Of a DNA stretch of 64,000 nt, positions 1 through 9,389 are shown in pieces. The notes under the pieces were generated by a model. That model was not told the origin of the DNA, did not search any database, and saw only the letters and a list, made by a program, of their open reading frames with translations. Every line of letters starts with the position of its first letter. Positions within the stretch are counted from its first letter, which is position 1. This DNA is from Methanoregula sp. (GTDB taxonomy: Archaea; Halobacteriota; Methanomicrobia; Methanomicrobiales; Methanospirillaceae), in assembly GCF_049518935.1 (NCBI RefSeq), contig NZ_JBEKRH010000008.1, positions 271-64,270 on the forward strand, written 5' to 3'. The translations under genes were made by a program, and so were the position numbers.

Positions 1-1244
1 CCCGTTGCAGCCCCGGTCATCTCCACCCCGTTTACAATCAGGGTGACTGATGCCGTGGGGAGCATGTTGCTTCCGGAGACCGCGGTGAACTGCCGCATTT
101 TAATGATCGGTTTGCATTCGATCGCCATGACAGCATCGGCGATCGCCATCAGGTCAGTGTCCGTGATCCGTTTCCCGTCATCGCCCAGCTGCTTGATCCG
201 CTTTACGATCTCCTTCATCTGGTTATCGTCAGCGGAATAGTTTAACTCGTGCAGGGCGGCCTCGACCGAGGCGGAACCGGAATGTTTGCCAAGTACGATC
301 CTCCGCTTGCGGCCAACCTGCTCGGGTCTCACCGACTCATAGGTGGACGGTTCACGGATCACGCCGTGGGCATGGATGCCGCTCTCGTGCGTGAAGGCCA
401 TCTCGCCTACGATTGCCTTGTTTACCGCGAGCGGTACGCCCGTGTGCCGGGAGACAAGGCTCGAAAGCAGGTAGAGCTGTTCCTTTTTGATCCGGGTCGG
501 GTACCCGTACAACACCTCAAGGGCCATCACCACCTCTTCAAGCGGCGTGTTGCCGGCCCGCTCGCCAAGTCCGTTGACGGTCACGTGGGCGCAGGAGGCA
601 CCGGCCTTCAGGGCGGCCATCGTGTTGGCCACGGCAAACCCGAGATCATCGTGGCAGTGGATAGAGAGCGGGGCGATCTTTGCAAGAGGCGGGATGAACG
701 CTGCCACTTTCTCTGGTGTCAGCAGCCCGACCGTATCGCAGAAACAGAGCCGGTCGGCCCCGTGCTCAACCCCGTCCGAGAAGATCGACCGGAGAAATGC
801 CTGGTCGGCCCGGGACGCATCCTCGCCCGAGAGCTCGACAATGAGCCCCCGGCTCTTCGCGTACTCCACAGCGCCCATTGCCATGGCAACGACCTCGTCG
901 CGGGTCTTGCGCATCTTCTTGGCGATGTGCAGGTCGCTGACCGGGACTACGAGGTGGATTGCATCTACATTGCACTCTGCAGCATAATCGATATCAAGCC
1001 TGAGGGCCCGGACAAATGTGCAGATCTCTGCTTTCAGCCCGGCATCCGCGATCCGCCGGATTGCTTCACGCTCTCCGTCCGATGCAGCTGCAGAACCGGC
1101 TTCGATGACATCGATACCAATGTCCGCGAGCCTTGTGGCGATCTCGAACTTCTGGTCAGGATTCAGCGAGACTCCGGGTGTCTGTTCCCCGTCCCGTAAT
1201 GTTGTATCTAAAAAGCGCAGGTTACTGGCGAATAAAACATTCAC
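1..1244 (-). CDS. 2-isopropylmalate / (R)-citramalate synthase family enzyme (LeuA/CimA type); the 3' end runs off the window
   Basis: Absent from the ORF track because the window edge truncates it. My reverse-strand translation from GTG at 1244 reads NVLFASNLRFLDTTLRDGEQTPGVSLNPDQKFEIA...IHCHDDLGFAVANTMAALKAGA...FTHESGIHAHG...KMRQFTAVSGSNMLPTASVTLIVNG. This is the HMGL-like aldolase core plus a LeuA-type C-terminal regulatory domain. A GGTGA ribosome-binding-like motif lies 9 nt upstream of the GTG. Confidence 0.85.
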   Translation of the reverse strand, partial: MNVLFASNLRFLDTTLRDGEQTPGVSLNPDQKFEIATRLADIGIDVIEAGSAAASDGEREAIRRIADAGLKAEICTFVRALRLDIDYAAECNVDAIHLVVPVSDLHIAKKMRKTRDEVVAMAMGAVEYAKSRGLIVELSGEDASRADQAFLRSIFSDGVEHGADRLCFCDTVGLLTPEKVAAFIPPLAKIAPLSIHCHDDLGFAVANTMAALKAGASCAHVTVNGLGERAGNTPLEEVVMALEVLYGYPTRIKKEQLYLLSSLVSRHTGVPLAVNKAIVGEMAFTHESGIHAHGVIREPSTYESVRPEQVGRKRRIVLGKHSGSASVEAALHELNYSADDNQMKEIVKRIKQLGDDGKRITDTDLMAIADAVMAIECKPIIKMRQFTAVSGSNMLPTASVTLIVNGVEMTGAAT

Positions 1245-1280
1245 TCATGGCAATCACCATGAGTACACGTGGGGAAGGTG

Positions 1281-1294
1281 AATATAAATAAATT
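1281..1294 (-). promoter_or_regulatory. TATA-box-like element upstream of the LeuA/CimA-type gene
   Basis: AT-rich AATTTATTTATATT on the minus strand, about 40 nt upstream of the GTG start at 1244. Confidence 0.4.
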
Positions 1295-1549
1295 CGGATG
1301 CTCCGCGCCATGTTCTCGCGAGCTTCGCAAGTCAGGCCGGTCCTGCACCGACCGGGATCTCTGGAGCAGCCAATTATCTTAGAATAGGAACGGAGCGGCT
1401 GATTTATGCTCGGGATTGCCTATTGCAAATTCCGGATACGGAAAACCTTTTTCCAGCTTTACGAGTCTTCCCCGCCTCAGGGCCTCTCCGAGGCATGGCG
1501 GGGCAATGAATGTTTTTCTTTTGTCATGGGCATTCTTTTTCCGGTAATT

Positions 1550-1581
1550 GATCCGCCGCGGGGCGCTCTTCGGGGCGGCGG
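1550..1581. repeat. Copy 1 of an imperfect ~26-32 nt GC-rich repeat; this copy is itself a hairpin
   Basis: GATCCGCCGCGGGGCGCTCTTCGGGGCGGCGG. The first 26 nt match 2844-2869 at 22 of 26 positions. CCGCCGC and GCGGCGG form a 7-bp stem. Confidence 0.6.
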
Positions 1582-1895
1582 TCGTCCATCGCTCCCCTGG
1601 TTCCCTACCCCCCCATCCACCAACAAACATTTATCCAAAAATATCTTTCATTATATATCAAATGCATCGCACTCATTCAGTACCGCTGACGATACAGCCC
1701 CCGGGGACCCGCCGTACCCTGCACGGTGCAGACCGGGCCGCGTCCTTCCTGGCCGGTAGCATCACGAAAACCACTCCATGAAAAAGAAGGTGAAAGCATA
1801 GAAGAAAAAATTCTGCCGGCCCGGGTATTGCACAACGGGTCGGAATCTACGCACGAATCGTCGACCCGCCCGCAAGCCGACAGACTATCCGGGAA

Positions 1896-2264
1896 GTGCC
1901 CGCCATGAAACCGGGTCGCTGGTCGCCCCGGGCCCTGAAGGATGCAATACCCATCGCACAGATGCGGGGCCTCATCCAGTTGGCCGGGAAGGGACCCGAC
2001 CGGCTCTTCGATATCAATATCGTCTCGAAAATTCCGATCGCGTTTATCCGGGTAAAGTTCGCGCCGGAAATCCTCGCGTCGCTTACTGAGATTGCTGATG
2101 ATTTCCGCGAGGAGATCCGGAGGCTCCGGCTCATCGCCCGGGACGCGGCGGTCACGGCCGAGCTCTGGCTCCGGTCCAGGCACGGGACCTGGCGGTTTTT
2201 CCTGGTCACGGAAAAAGATCTCATCGAGCTGGACTGCCATGGATGGCCACTTAATGTCGGGTGA
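1896..2264 (+). CDS. hypothetical small protein (119-122 aa)
   Basis: The plus-frame ORF (GTG 1896 or ATG 1905) has the G/C-rich third codon positions typical of the confident genes here and a globular-looking composition (...LFDINIVSKIPIAFIRVKF...WRFFLVTEKDLIELDCHGWPLNV). A double T7 run follows directly. The competing minus-strand ORFs are Arg/Pro/Asp-rich, as expected for antisense reading. Confidence 0.45.
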   Translation: MPAMKPGRWSPRALKDAIPIAQMRGLIQLAGKGPDRLFDINIVSKIPIAFIRVKFAPEILASLTEIADDFREEIRRLRLIARDAAVTAELWLRSRHGTWRFFLVTEKDLIELDCHGWPLNVG

Positions 2265-2285
2265 CTGCGAGCTGAGCCGGGCCGA

Positions 2286-2300
2286 TTTTTTTATTTTTTT
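2286..2300 (+). terminator. oligo-T archaeal terminator (T7-A-T7)
   Basis: TTTTTTTATTTTTTT lies 22 nt after the stop of ORF 1896-2264. Confidence 0.55.
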
Positions 2301-2843
2301 GTGATTGTCCGGAAGTTTTCCCTGTGAAAATTTTTGTCCGGAATCTCCGGAATTTTTTCCCGCAAATCATCCGGAATACTCTGATACTCCGGGGTGTTCA
2401 AATCCGCCGGAATTGCGCCCCTGAATTGCGAAAGTGACGTGGGGATGATTTGGTAAACCGGATACATGGGGGTCGCGGAGGCACTCCGCTTTGGCTGCCT
2501 CCCCGGGGAAGGAGAGTGGGGGTCACCCTCATAATGTATACCGAAGGTGACACTCACCGTCGGAGAAATGGTCCCCTGGAGGGGTAGACCAATCCGGGCC
2601 CGTACAGAGCTCCGATTACCTGTTTTTCCGGTCCCGGGAGGTAACAAATCCGGAAAACGCGGAATTAAGACCGGAGTTAACGGGCATTTTTCGACGGGAA
2701 TTAAGGAGGTAACTGACAGAAGCGTTTGCGGGGCCGAAAGAAGGGGTGGATGAGGTTGAATACGGGGGAATGCGTGGAGAGGCGGGTCCGGGATCTGGAA
2801 TTTCAGAGGTTATTTTTTAGCAGCGGAATTTTCCCTCTTCATC

Positions 2844-2875
2844 GATCCGCTGCGGGGCGCCCTCTGGGGACCGCC
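2844..2875. repeat. Copy 2 of the imperfect GC-rich repeat
   Basis: GATCCGCTGCGGGGCGCCCTCTGGGGACCGCC. It aligns to 1550-1581, and both copies are preceded by a T-rich/TTCC stretch. Confidence 0.55.
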
Positions 2876-3204
2876 AAAGGCTGTGGAAAAGATTTTCGCC
2901 GGTAAAATCCAGGACCCGGCGGACGTTTGTCTCAACCGGGGGTATGGGACAGCAAGCCCATATCGGCGATCGCAAAAAAAGCGAATGGGCCAACCTCCGC
3001 GGTCCGACCAGCCATTCACCGCTCCAAAATTTTGTCCGGAAAATCTTTCCGGACAGGCCCGACCCCTCAGCAAAAAATTGTGCCGAAAAATTCTTAGTCC
3101 GTTCTTTTTGCAACCAGCCAGCGCCCCGGAACAAAGAACCTATATTTCCCGGGTTCCAACTATCAGCCGGACCGTTCGTTCACACGATCGCCAGAATATA
3201 TTCC

Positions 3205-3879
3205 ATGTCGCTGTTTGGTAAAAAACCGGACCCTGCATCTGCTACCTGTGATGACATTGCCCGTCATTGCGCAGTGCTCAAAGGGACAAAGGCGCGGGGG
3301 GAACTCGGTGAACAGATCGCTAGTCTCGTGCTCACGTACTCACCGGCCGATATCCAGCGAATGAAACGGAACTTCGACAACAAGGTCCGGGACATCCCGC
3401 CCGAGTACCGTGACCGGCTCACACGGAAGATCACCGAACACCTCCTCGGGACCTGGCAGCGGATCCGGCTCGCTCAGCAGCAGGGAATCTTCAGGATTAT
3501 GCACGAACCGGTGCCGCCCGGACTTGCAATGTACTGGGATATGGTTGCGGGGCAGTGCAAGGATAACGGCACGGGGGATGTCCCGAAGATCCGGTTCCTG
3601 AAGTTTCTCCTTGCCGGCTACTGCATGATCGTGTTGCAGGAACCGGGTCATCCGGTAGGGATGCCGTTTCCGGGCGGGGACCAGATCGAACTGACCGACG
3701 GGATCTACTACTGCCCGGTGCGGGAAAAAGCCGGAGATATGGACGCGGCGCTCTGCCCGTTCTGCCCTGCCCGCCAGACTCCGGAGATCGGGTACCTCCG
3801 TCCCCCAACGAACCCGGGCGAACACCGTAAGCAGGAGTTTATCGAGCACTGCCACCGGTTCCATAATTTCAATGGCTGA
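3205..3879 (+). CDS. conserved archaeal hypothetical protein, DUF2115/UPF0305-like, with a C-terminal Cys cluster
   Basis: In-frame ATG at 3205 (MSLFGKKPDP...) sits behind a TATA-like CTATATTT at about 3138. The longer ORF from 2944 reads through low-complexity DNA. The motif ...LQEPGHPVGMPFPGGDQIELTDGIYYCPVREKAGDMDAALCPFCPA... resembles the DUF2115 family as I remember it. Confidence 0.7.
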   Translation: MSLFGKKPDPASATCDDIARHCAVLKGTKARGELGEQIASLVLTYSPADIQRMKRNFDNKVRDIPPEYRDRLTRKITEHLLGTWQRIRLAQQQGIFRIMHEPVPPGLAMYWDMVAGQCKDNGTGDVPKIRFLKFLLAGYCMIVLQEPGHPVGMPFPGGDQIELTDGIYYCPVREKAGDMDAALCPFCPARQTPEIGYLRPPTNPGEHRKQEFIEHCHRFHNFNG

Positions 3880-4047
3880 TAATCTATTGAATCTCTATAT
3901 TTTTAACAAAAGACGCCCGGATTCCGGGTATTTTTTCCCTGCCACGTCCTGTATCAGGGAAGGGTATATTTTATAGGAGACCTATCTTTGTTACAGACTA
4001 TACCGTAAGTTCCTGTCATTTGCCGATATTTCCTGCGGGGCACGAGA

Positions 4048-6150
4048 ATGGATACACCACAACTGCTTGCCGACAATCCGTCGCTCTATATCAACCGGGA
4101 ACTGAGCTGGATCCGGTTCAACCGCCACGTGCTGGATGAAGCTCTCGATAGCAGCCACCCCCTGCTGGAGCGGGTGAAGTTCCTTTCGATTTACGCAAAT
4201 AACCTGGACGAGTTCTTCATGATCCGTGTATCGGGTCTCCAGCGCCAGCTGGCAAAAGGCGTGCTCAGGGCCCCGCCGGATGGCATGACCCCGTCTCAGC
4301 AGCTGGACGCGATCCGGCAGATGCTTGACCCCGAGCTCCGGGCACAGAACGACTGCTGGCATAAGGAACTCCTCCCGAAACTGGCGGAAGCCGGTATTCA
4401 TGTGTACAATTACGCGGATCTCTCGGTCCCGCAGATGGAAGCAATGCACCGCTTCTTCGTGGATGAGGTCTTCCCGGTACTCACTCCGCTCGCGTTCGAC
4501 AGCTCTCACCCGTTCCCCTTCATCTCCAATCTTTCCCTCAATCTTGCGATTATCGTGAGGGACCAGAACCACAAGGAATTTTTCGCCCGGGTCAAGGTCC
4601 CGACGAACCTCTTCTCCCGCCTGATCCGGGTCCCCGAGCCGGACGGTACAACCCGGAACGATGACAGCGTGGTCCACTTCGTGTACCTGGAAGAGATCAT
4701 CGCCGCCCACCTTGACATGCTCTTCCCGGGGCTCGAAACCGTGGCCTCGTTCCCCTTCCGGATTACCCGGGATGCAGATCTCGAGATCGAGGTCGACGAA
4801 GCTTCCGATCTGCTGACCACGGTTGAGGAGATCATGGAGCAGCGGGCCCGGGGCAAACCGGTCAGGATCGAAGTGGACTCCTGCATGAGGGAAGGGATCT
4901 GCCACATGCTGGAGCAGAAACTTGGCATCAGCACATCGATGCTTTACCTGGTCGGCCACCCGGTGGGGATGGCAGACCTCATGCAGATGATGTCACTTGA
5001 CCGTCCCGATCTCAAGGACTCCCCGTTCGCACCTTCGCTTCCCCCGGACCTTGCAGATGACCGGGATATTTTCGCAGCTATCAAACGTCACGATATCCTG
5101 CTCTACCAGCCTTATGACAGTTTCTCTCCCGTTGTCAATTTTATACGACAGGCGGCTCATGACCCGGATGTTCTCGCTATCAAGATTACCCTTTACCGGG
5201 TGGGATCGAATTCCCCTATAGTCAATGCCCTCATGGAAGCCCGGGAGAATGGCAAGGCTGTCGCAGCCTTAATCGAACTCAAGGCACGGTTTGACGAAGA
5301 GAATAATATTGGCTGGGCCCGGGCCCTCGAACGTGAGGGTGTCCACGTGGTTTACGGTGTAGTAGGGCTCAAGGTGCATGCAAAGCTCTGTATGGTTGTC
5401 CGGCGTGAAAAAGACGGGATACGCAGGTATATGCATCTCGGTACCGGCAACTACAACGCGACCACAAGCCGGATCTACACGGACTTCGGGCTTCTCACCT
5501 GCGACAAAGAGATTGGCGAGGATGTGGCCAACCTCTTCAACTTCCTGACCGGCTATGCGCGTATTGAAAACTACAAGAAACTCCTTGTCGCGCCGGTCAC
5601 CCTCCGCAGGATTCTTCTCGAGAAGATCGAACGGGAGGTTTCCCGGCAGAACGGTCACGGTGACGGCCATATCATCTTCAAGATGAATGCACTCGTCGAT
5701 CCTGTCTCCATCGCTGCCTTGTACAAGGCCTCGCAGGCAGGTGTAAAAATCGACCTGCAGGTCCGGGGTATCTGCTGTCTCCGTCCGGGTATTCCCGGGT
5801 TCAGCGACACGATCCGGGTCACCGCAATTGTCGGCCGGTTTCTTGAACACGCCCGGATTTATTACTTCCGGAACGGTGGCAATGAGGAAGTCTTCCTCGG
5901 CAGTGCGGACCTGATGCCCCGGAATCTCGACCGTCGTGTCGAGATACTCTTCCCGGTCCAGGATCCTGCAATGAGGCGGGCGATCATTACCCTGATCCTC
6001 CCGGTGCAGCTCGGTGATAACGTCAAATCACGGGTGATGCAGGCCGACGGTACGTACGCACGGATCACACCCGTCCCGGATGAACAACCGATGAATGCCC
6101 AGACCTGGATGGTGGAGCACCGTGGAATCTGGTACGATACCCGGGCCTGA
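4048..6150 (+). CDS. ppk: polyphosphate kinase 1
   Basis: 700 aa. The N-terminus (...YINRELSWIRFNRHVLDEALDSSHPLLERVKFLSIYANNLDEFFMIRVSGL) and later ...ELKARFDEENNIGWARALEREGVHVVYG...KVHAKLCMVVRRE... are classic PPK1 signatures. Confidence 0.97.
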   Translation: MDTPQLLADNPSLYINRELSWIRFNRHVLDEALDSSHPLLERVKFLSIYANNLDEFFMIRVSGLQRQLAKGVLRAPPDGMTPSQQLDAIRQMLDPELRAQNDCWHKELLPKLAEAGIHVYNYADLSVPQMEAMHRFFVDEVFPVLTPLAFDSSHPFPFISNLSLNLAIIVRDQNHKEFFARVKVPTNLFSRLIRVPEPDGTTRNDDSVVHFVYLEEIIAAHLDMLFPGLETVASFPFRITRDADLEIEVDEASDLLTTVEEIMEQRARGKPVRIEVDSCMREGICHMLEQKLGISTSMLYLVGHPVGMADLMQMMSLDRPDLKDSPFAPSLPPDLADDRDIFAAIKRHDILLYQPYDSFSPVVNFIRQAAHDPDVLAIKITLYRVGSNSPIVNALMEARENGKAVAALIELKARFDEENNIGWARALEREGVHVVYGVVGLKVHAKLCMVVRREKDGIRRYMHLGTGNYNATTSRIYTDFGLLTCDKEIGEDVANLFNFLTGYARIENYKKLLVAPVTLRRILLEKIEREVSRQNGHGDGHIIFKMNALVDPVSIAALYKASQAGVKIDLQVRGICCLRPGIPGFSDTIRVTAIVGRFLEHARIYYFRNGGNEEVFLGSADLMPRNLDRRVEILFPVQDPAMRRAIITLILPVQLGDNVKSRVMQADGTYARITPVPDEQPMNAQTWMVEHRGIWYDTRA

Positions 6151-7756
6151 TACGGTTGCACCGGAACGCGGGCTCTGCTGGTACGGTCTCCAGCGGCTGC
6201 CGGTCCTGCTGGACGCGTTTGCCCGTGAGATTGAGGGTGTCCGTGCTGCAGAGGACATCGAGTACATCCACCGGATGCGGGTGGCCACCCGCCGTCTCCG
6301 TGCAGCACTTCCGCTCTTCCGGGCCTGTTTTTCCGGGAAACAGTACTCGCGCTGGATGCAGGAGATGGCAAACATCACCCGTGCACTTGGAGAAGCACGG
6401 GATGCAGATGTCCAGATTGCATTTCTCCTGAAGTACCAGAAACGGTCCCGTTCTGCACAGAAGAAAAAGGCACAGCCCCCCGGTACCGGAATCCCGGTGA
6501 ACCCGTACGATCCTGCCCTCCTTTATCTTCTCGCGGATCTCCGGAAACGCAGATCCCAGCTCCAGCAGAGGGTCCTCTCTGCACTCGGTGCCCTTGAAAA
6601 GAGCGGCGTGATCGGAGACATGCAGATATTATTTGCTGCCCGTAAATCCGCGGTCCGCAGGGTCCCGTGGAAGACCATGAGCTACGGTATCCCGACTGTT
6701 GCAGCACTGCGGATCGAGACCCGGCTTGTCACCATGCTCTCGTATGAACCCTGGGTACCGTATCCCGATGCGGTTGCCGAGCACCATGCAACCCGGATTG
6801 CAGCAAAAAAACTCCGGTACACCATGGAAATTTACGGCCCCGTATATCGCCTCAATCTGAAAAAACCCTTAATCCGGGTGAAGAAGATCCAGGAGGTTCT
6901 CGGTGATCTCCATGACTGCGATGTCTGGATCGATCATGTCACCCGCATTATGCTCCGCGAACGTTCCCACCTTCGCACCGAGAAGGAAGAGAAACGGCCG
7001 GACACTGCAACGCTGGCAAGTCTCCGGCTCTTCCTTAAGGAACGTGAACGGGCCCGGATCCTCCTCCACCGGCAGTTCGTGCGGTACTGGGAATCCCAGA
7101 AGCGGACACATCTCTGGGATGAACTCCGGCAGACCCTTCTTTACGGCAGGAAGAAGAAGTTCCAGCCGGACCCGGAGGTCAGGATTGAGGAGACCCGGCG
7201 GGTTGTCGGGGCTGTAGCTGCGCAGTTCCCGGAAGGTCTTGCCCATCACCGGCACGCAACGCATCTTGCCCTTATGCTGTTTGACAGCCTCCAGCCTGTC
7301 CATGGCATGACAAAACATGACCGTTTCCTCCTCGAATGTGCCGGGATGCTGCATGATATCGGCTGGATGACCCGGCAGAAGCGACATAACCATTTGAGCG
7401 CTGCCCGGATTTTTGCCGATGAGACCCTCCCCTTCGATCTCCCTGACCGCGTGACGGTCGGGCTCATTGCGCTTGCCCACCGCGGACAGGAAACACCGGA
7501 AACCCATGTCTTCTTCCCGCTTCTGCCGGAAGACCGGCAGAAGAAGATCCTGCAGCTTGCCGCGCTCCTCCGGGTAGCGGACGGGCTGGATTACCTCCAC
7601 CTCGGTTCCGTGCAGGAGATCCACTGTATCATCGGCTCCGGGGAGATCAGCTGCGATATCGTATCCCCGGTTGATGTAACTCAGGAAAAGGAACGGGCGC
7701 GATCAAAAGCAGTGTTGTTTACCCGGGCATTTGGGCGTGAACTGGTGATCCGGTGA
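6095..7756 (+). CDS. CHAD domain protein fused to a C-terminal HD domain
   Basis: ...EDIEYIHRMRVATRRLRAALPLFRACF... and ...HHATRIAAKKLRYTMEIY... are paired CHAD helices. The C-terminus ...HHRHATHLALMLFDSL...LLECAGMLHDIGW... is an HD module like the PPX/GppA C-terminal domain. The only canonical start overlaps ppk by 56 nt. Confidence 0.85.
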   Translation: MPRPGWWSTVESGTIPGPDTVAPERGLCWYGLQRLPVLLDAFAREIEGVRAAEDIEYIHRMRVATRRLRAALPLFRACFSGKQYSRWMQEMANITRALGEARDADVQIAFLLKYQKRSRSAQKKKAQPPGTGIPVNPYDPALLYLLADLRKRRSQLQQRVLSALGALEKSGVIGDMQILFAARKSAVRRVPWKTMSYGIPTVAALRIETRLVTMLSYEPWVPYPDAVAEHHATRIAAKKLRYTMEIYGPVYRLNLKKPLIRVKKIQEVLGDLHDCDVWIDHVTRIMLRERSHLRTEKEEKRPDTATLASLRLFLKERERARILLHRQFVRYWESQKRTHLWDELRQTLLYGRKKKFQPDPEVRIEETRRVVGAVAAQFPEGLAHHRHATHLALMLFDSLQPVHGMTKHDRFLLECAGMLHDIGWMTRQKRHNHLSAARIFADETLPFDLPDRVTVGLIALAHRGQETPETHVFFPLLPEDRQKKILQLAALLRVADGLDYLHLGSVQEIHCIIGSGEISCDIVSPVDVTQEKERARSKAVLFTRAFGRELVIR

Positions 7757-9336
7757 AACTCAAACCTCCCGGCCCGAACGGGCGCGTGGTCTCGTTCCTT
7801 GATCTGGGAACCAATTCCCTCCGTCTTCTCGTTGTCCGTCTCAACCCGAACCATTCCTACACGATCCTGACCCGGCAAAAACAACAGGTACGGCTTGGTG
7901 AAGGTGAGTTTGAGGACGAGGAGATCACCCCCCAGGCCATGGAACGGGCAGCGATCGTAGCAAAACGGTTCACTGATCTTGCCCGGACATTCAGTTCTGA
8001 AGAATTTGTTGCAGTAGCAACCTCTGCCGCCCGCGAGGCTGCCAACCAGAACGAACTCCTGCACCTGCTCCGGCAGGAAGCCCAGATCGATATCCGGGTC
8101 ATCTCCGGTCGCGAAGAAGCCCGGCTTATCTATCTCGGGGTGGCGAGCGGTACGCACCTGACTGCAACCCCGGCATTCTTTATTGATATCGGGGGAGGCA
8201 GTACGGAAGTTGCTGTCGGGGATTCACGGGATTACCAGTACCTGGACAGTTTCAAGCTCGGGGCAATCCGGCTCTCGAACCTCTATACTGCTCCCGGAGA
8301 TAATGGGCCGGTAACTCCCGAACAGTACAGGAAGATCCAGCAGCATATCAGGAACGTGATCTTCCACTCGCTGGAGAAACTCCGGAAACTCCGCCCTGCC
8401 CTTGCAATTGGCAGTTCCGGGTCGATCATGAACCTTGCCGAGATCGCCCAGAAGGCACTTCATTCCTCTTCGGGCTCATCTGATACCATGCTCACCTGCA
8501 AAGATCTCAGGAAGGTAACTGATCTGCTCTGTTCCCTTCCCCTCGAACAACGCCGTAAAGTGCCCGGGATCAACCCGGAACGTGCGGATATCATCATTGC
8601 CGGGGCAGCGATCCTTGAAACGTTTATGAAGGAGCTCTCGCTCGATGCCATAACAATCACCGGGCGCGGACTGCAGGATGGTCTCCTTGTCGATTACCTC
8701 TCCCGTATGGATAATTTTCCCCTGCTTGGGGAACTCTCATCCCGCCAGCGAAGCGTGCTCCAGCTTGGCCGTTCGTGTGGCATCAACGAGGTGCATGCAA
8801 GAACCGTGACGAGCCTGGTGCTCGAGATGTTCGATTCAGCCCGGGAACAGAAGCTCCACGACTTTTCCGATCTCGACCGGGAACTCCTCGAGTATGCCAC
8901 CTTTCTCCATGATATCGGCTCATTCATCTCGTACACCAACCATCATGCACATTCGTATTACATTATAAAAAATTCAGAACTGCTTGGGTTCGACCAGAAG
9001 GAAGTTACATTCATGGCAACCCTGGCAAAATTCCACCGGAAAAAGACCCCAAAGAAAAAAGATCTCGACGTTGCGGATCTTGATGTCCGGGAGCGGGAAG
9101 CCCTAAAAGTACTCTCCACGTTCATCCGGCTGGGGGAAAGCCTGGACCGGAGTCATGCTGCCCTGATCCAGCATGTCCGGTTTGCCCGGGTCGACGAGGA
9201 CGCTGTTCACCTGGAAGTAGTTGCCCGGGGTGACTGCCAGCTGGAGATATGGGGGATTGAAAGTGAACGGCGGACCTTTGAGAAGGTGTTCGGCAGGAAC
9301 CTGGTCTTCGAAGTGATAAACCCGGCAGCCCCGTAA
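7753..9336 (+). CDS. ppx: exopolyphosphatase / guanosine pentaphosphate phosphohydrolase (Ppx/GppA family)
   Basis: ...VSFLDLGTNSLRLLVVRL..., ...FFIDIGGGSTEVAVG... (ASKHA fold) and the HD-like ...EYATFLHDIGSFISYTNHHAHSYYIIKNS. The GTG start overlaps the upstream stop by 4 nt. Confidence 0.93.
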   Translation: MKLKPPGPNGRVVSFLDLGTNSLRLLVVRLNPNHSYTILTRQKQQVRLGEGEFEDEEITPQAMERAAIVAKRFTDLARTFSSEEFVAVATSAAREAANQNELLHLLRQEAQIDIRVISGREEARLIYLGVASGTHLTATPAFFIDIGGGSTEVAVGDSRDYQYLDSFKLGAIRLSNLYTAPGDNGPVTPEQYRKIQQHIRNVIFHSLEKLRKLRPALAIGSSGSIMNLAEIAQKALHSSSGSSDTMLTCKDLRKVTDLLCSLPLEQRRKVPGINPERADIIIAGAAILETFMKELSLDAITITGRGLQDGLLVDYLSRMDNFPLLGELSSRQRSVLQLGRSCGINEVHARTVTSLVLEMFDSAREQKLHDFSDLDRELLEYATFLHDIGSFISYTNHHAHSYYIIKNSELLGFDQKEVTFMATLAKFHRKKTPKKKDLDVADLDVREREALKVLSTFIRLGESLDRSHAALIQHVRFARVDEDAVHLEVVARGDCQLEIWGIESERRTFEKVFGRNLVFEVINPAAP

Positions 9337-9346
9337 TATCTCCGCC

Positions 9347-9352
9347 TTTTTT
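9347..9352. terminator. oligo-T run between the convergent ppx and HEAT genes
   Basis: CCGCCTTTTTTC lies 11 nt after the ppx stop. Confidence 0.35.
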
Positions 9353-9389
9353 CAACAGTTCTGTATCCTGCCGGAAGGTGTGCGCAGGA

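Noticed and set aside
249-1199. 316-aa plus-strand ORF (and nested ORFs) at the left edge.
   Set aside because: It is antisense to a clearly recognisable LeuA/CimA-type gene on the minus strand. The translation is Arg/Gly/Pro-rich and has no motif.
6095-6150. The 56-nt overlap of the CHAD-HD gene with ppk, as a possible sign of a wrong start or a frameshift.
   Set aside because: No in-frame alternative ATG/GTG/TTG lies downstream before the conserved CHAD helices. Overlaps of this size occur in coupled operons, so the ATG at 6095 is kept.
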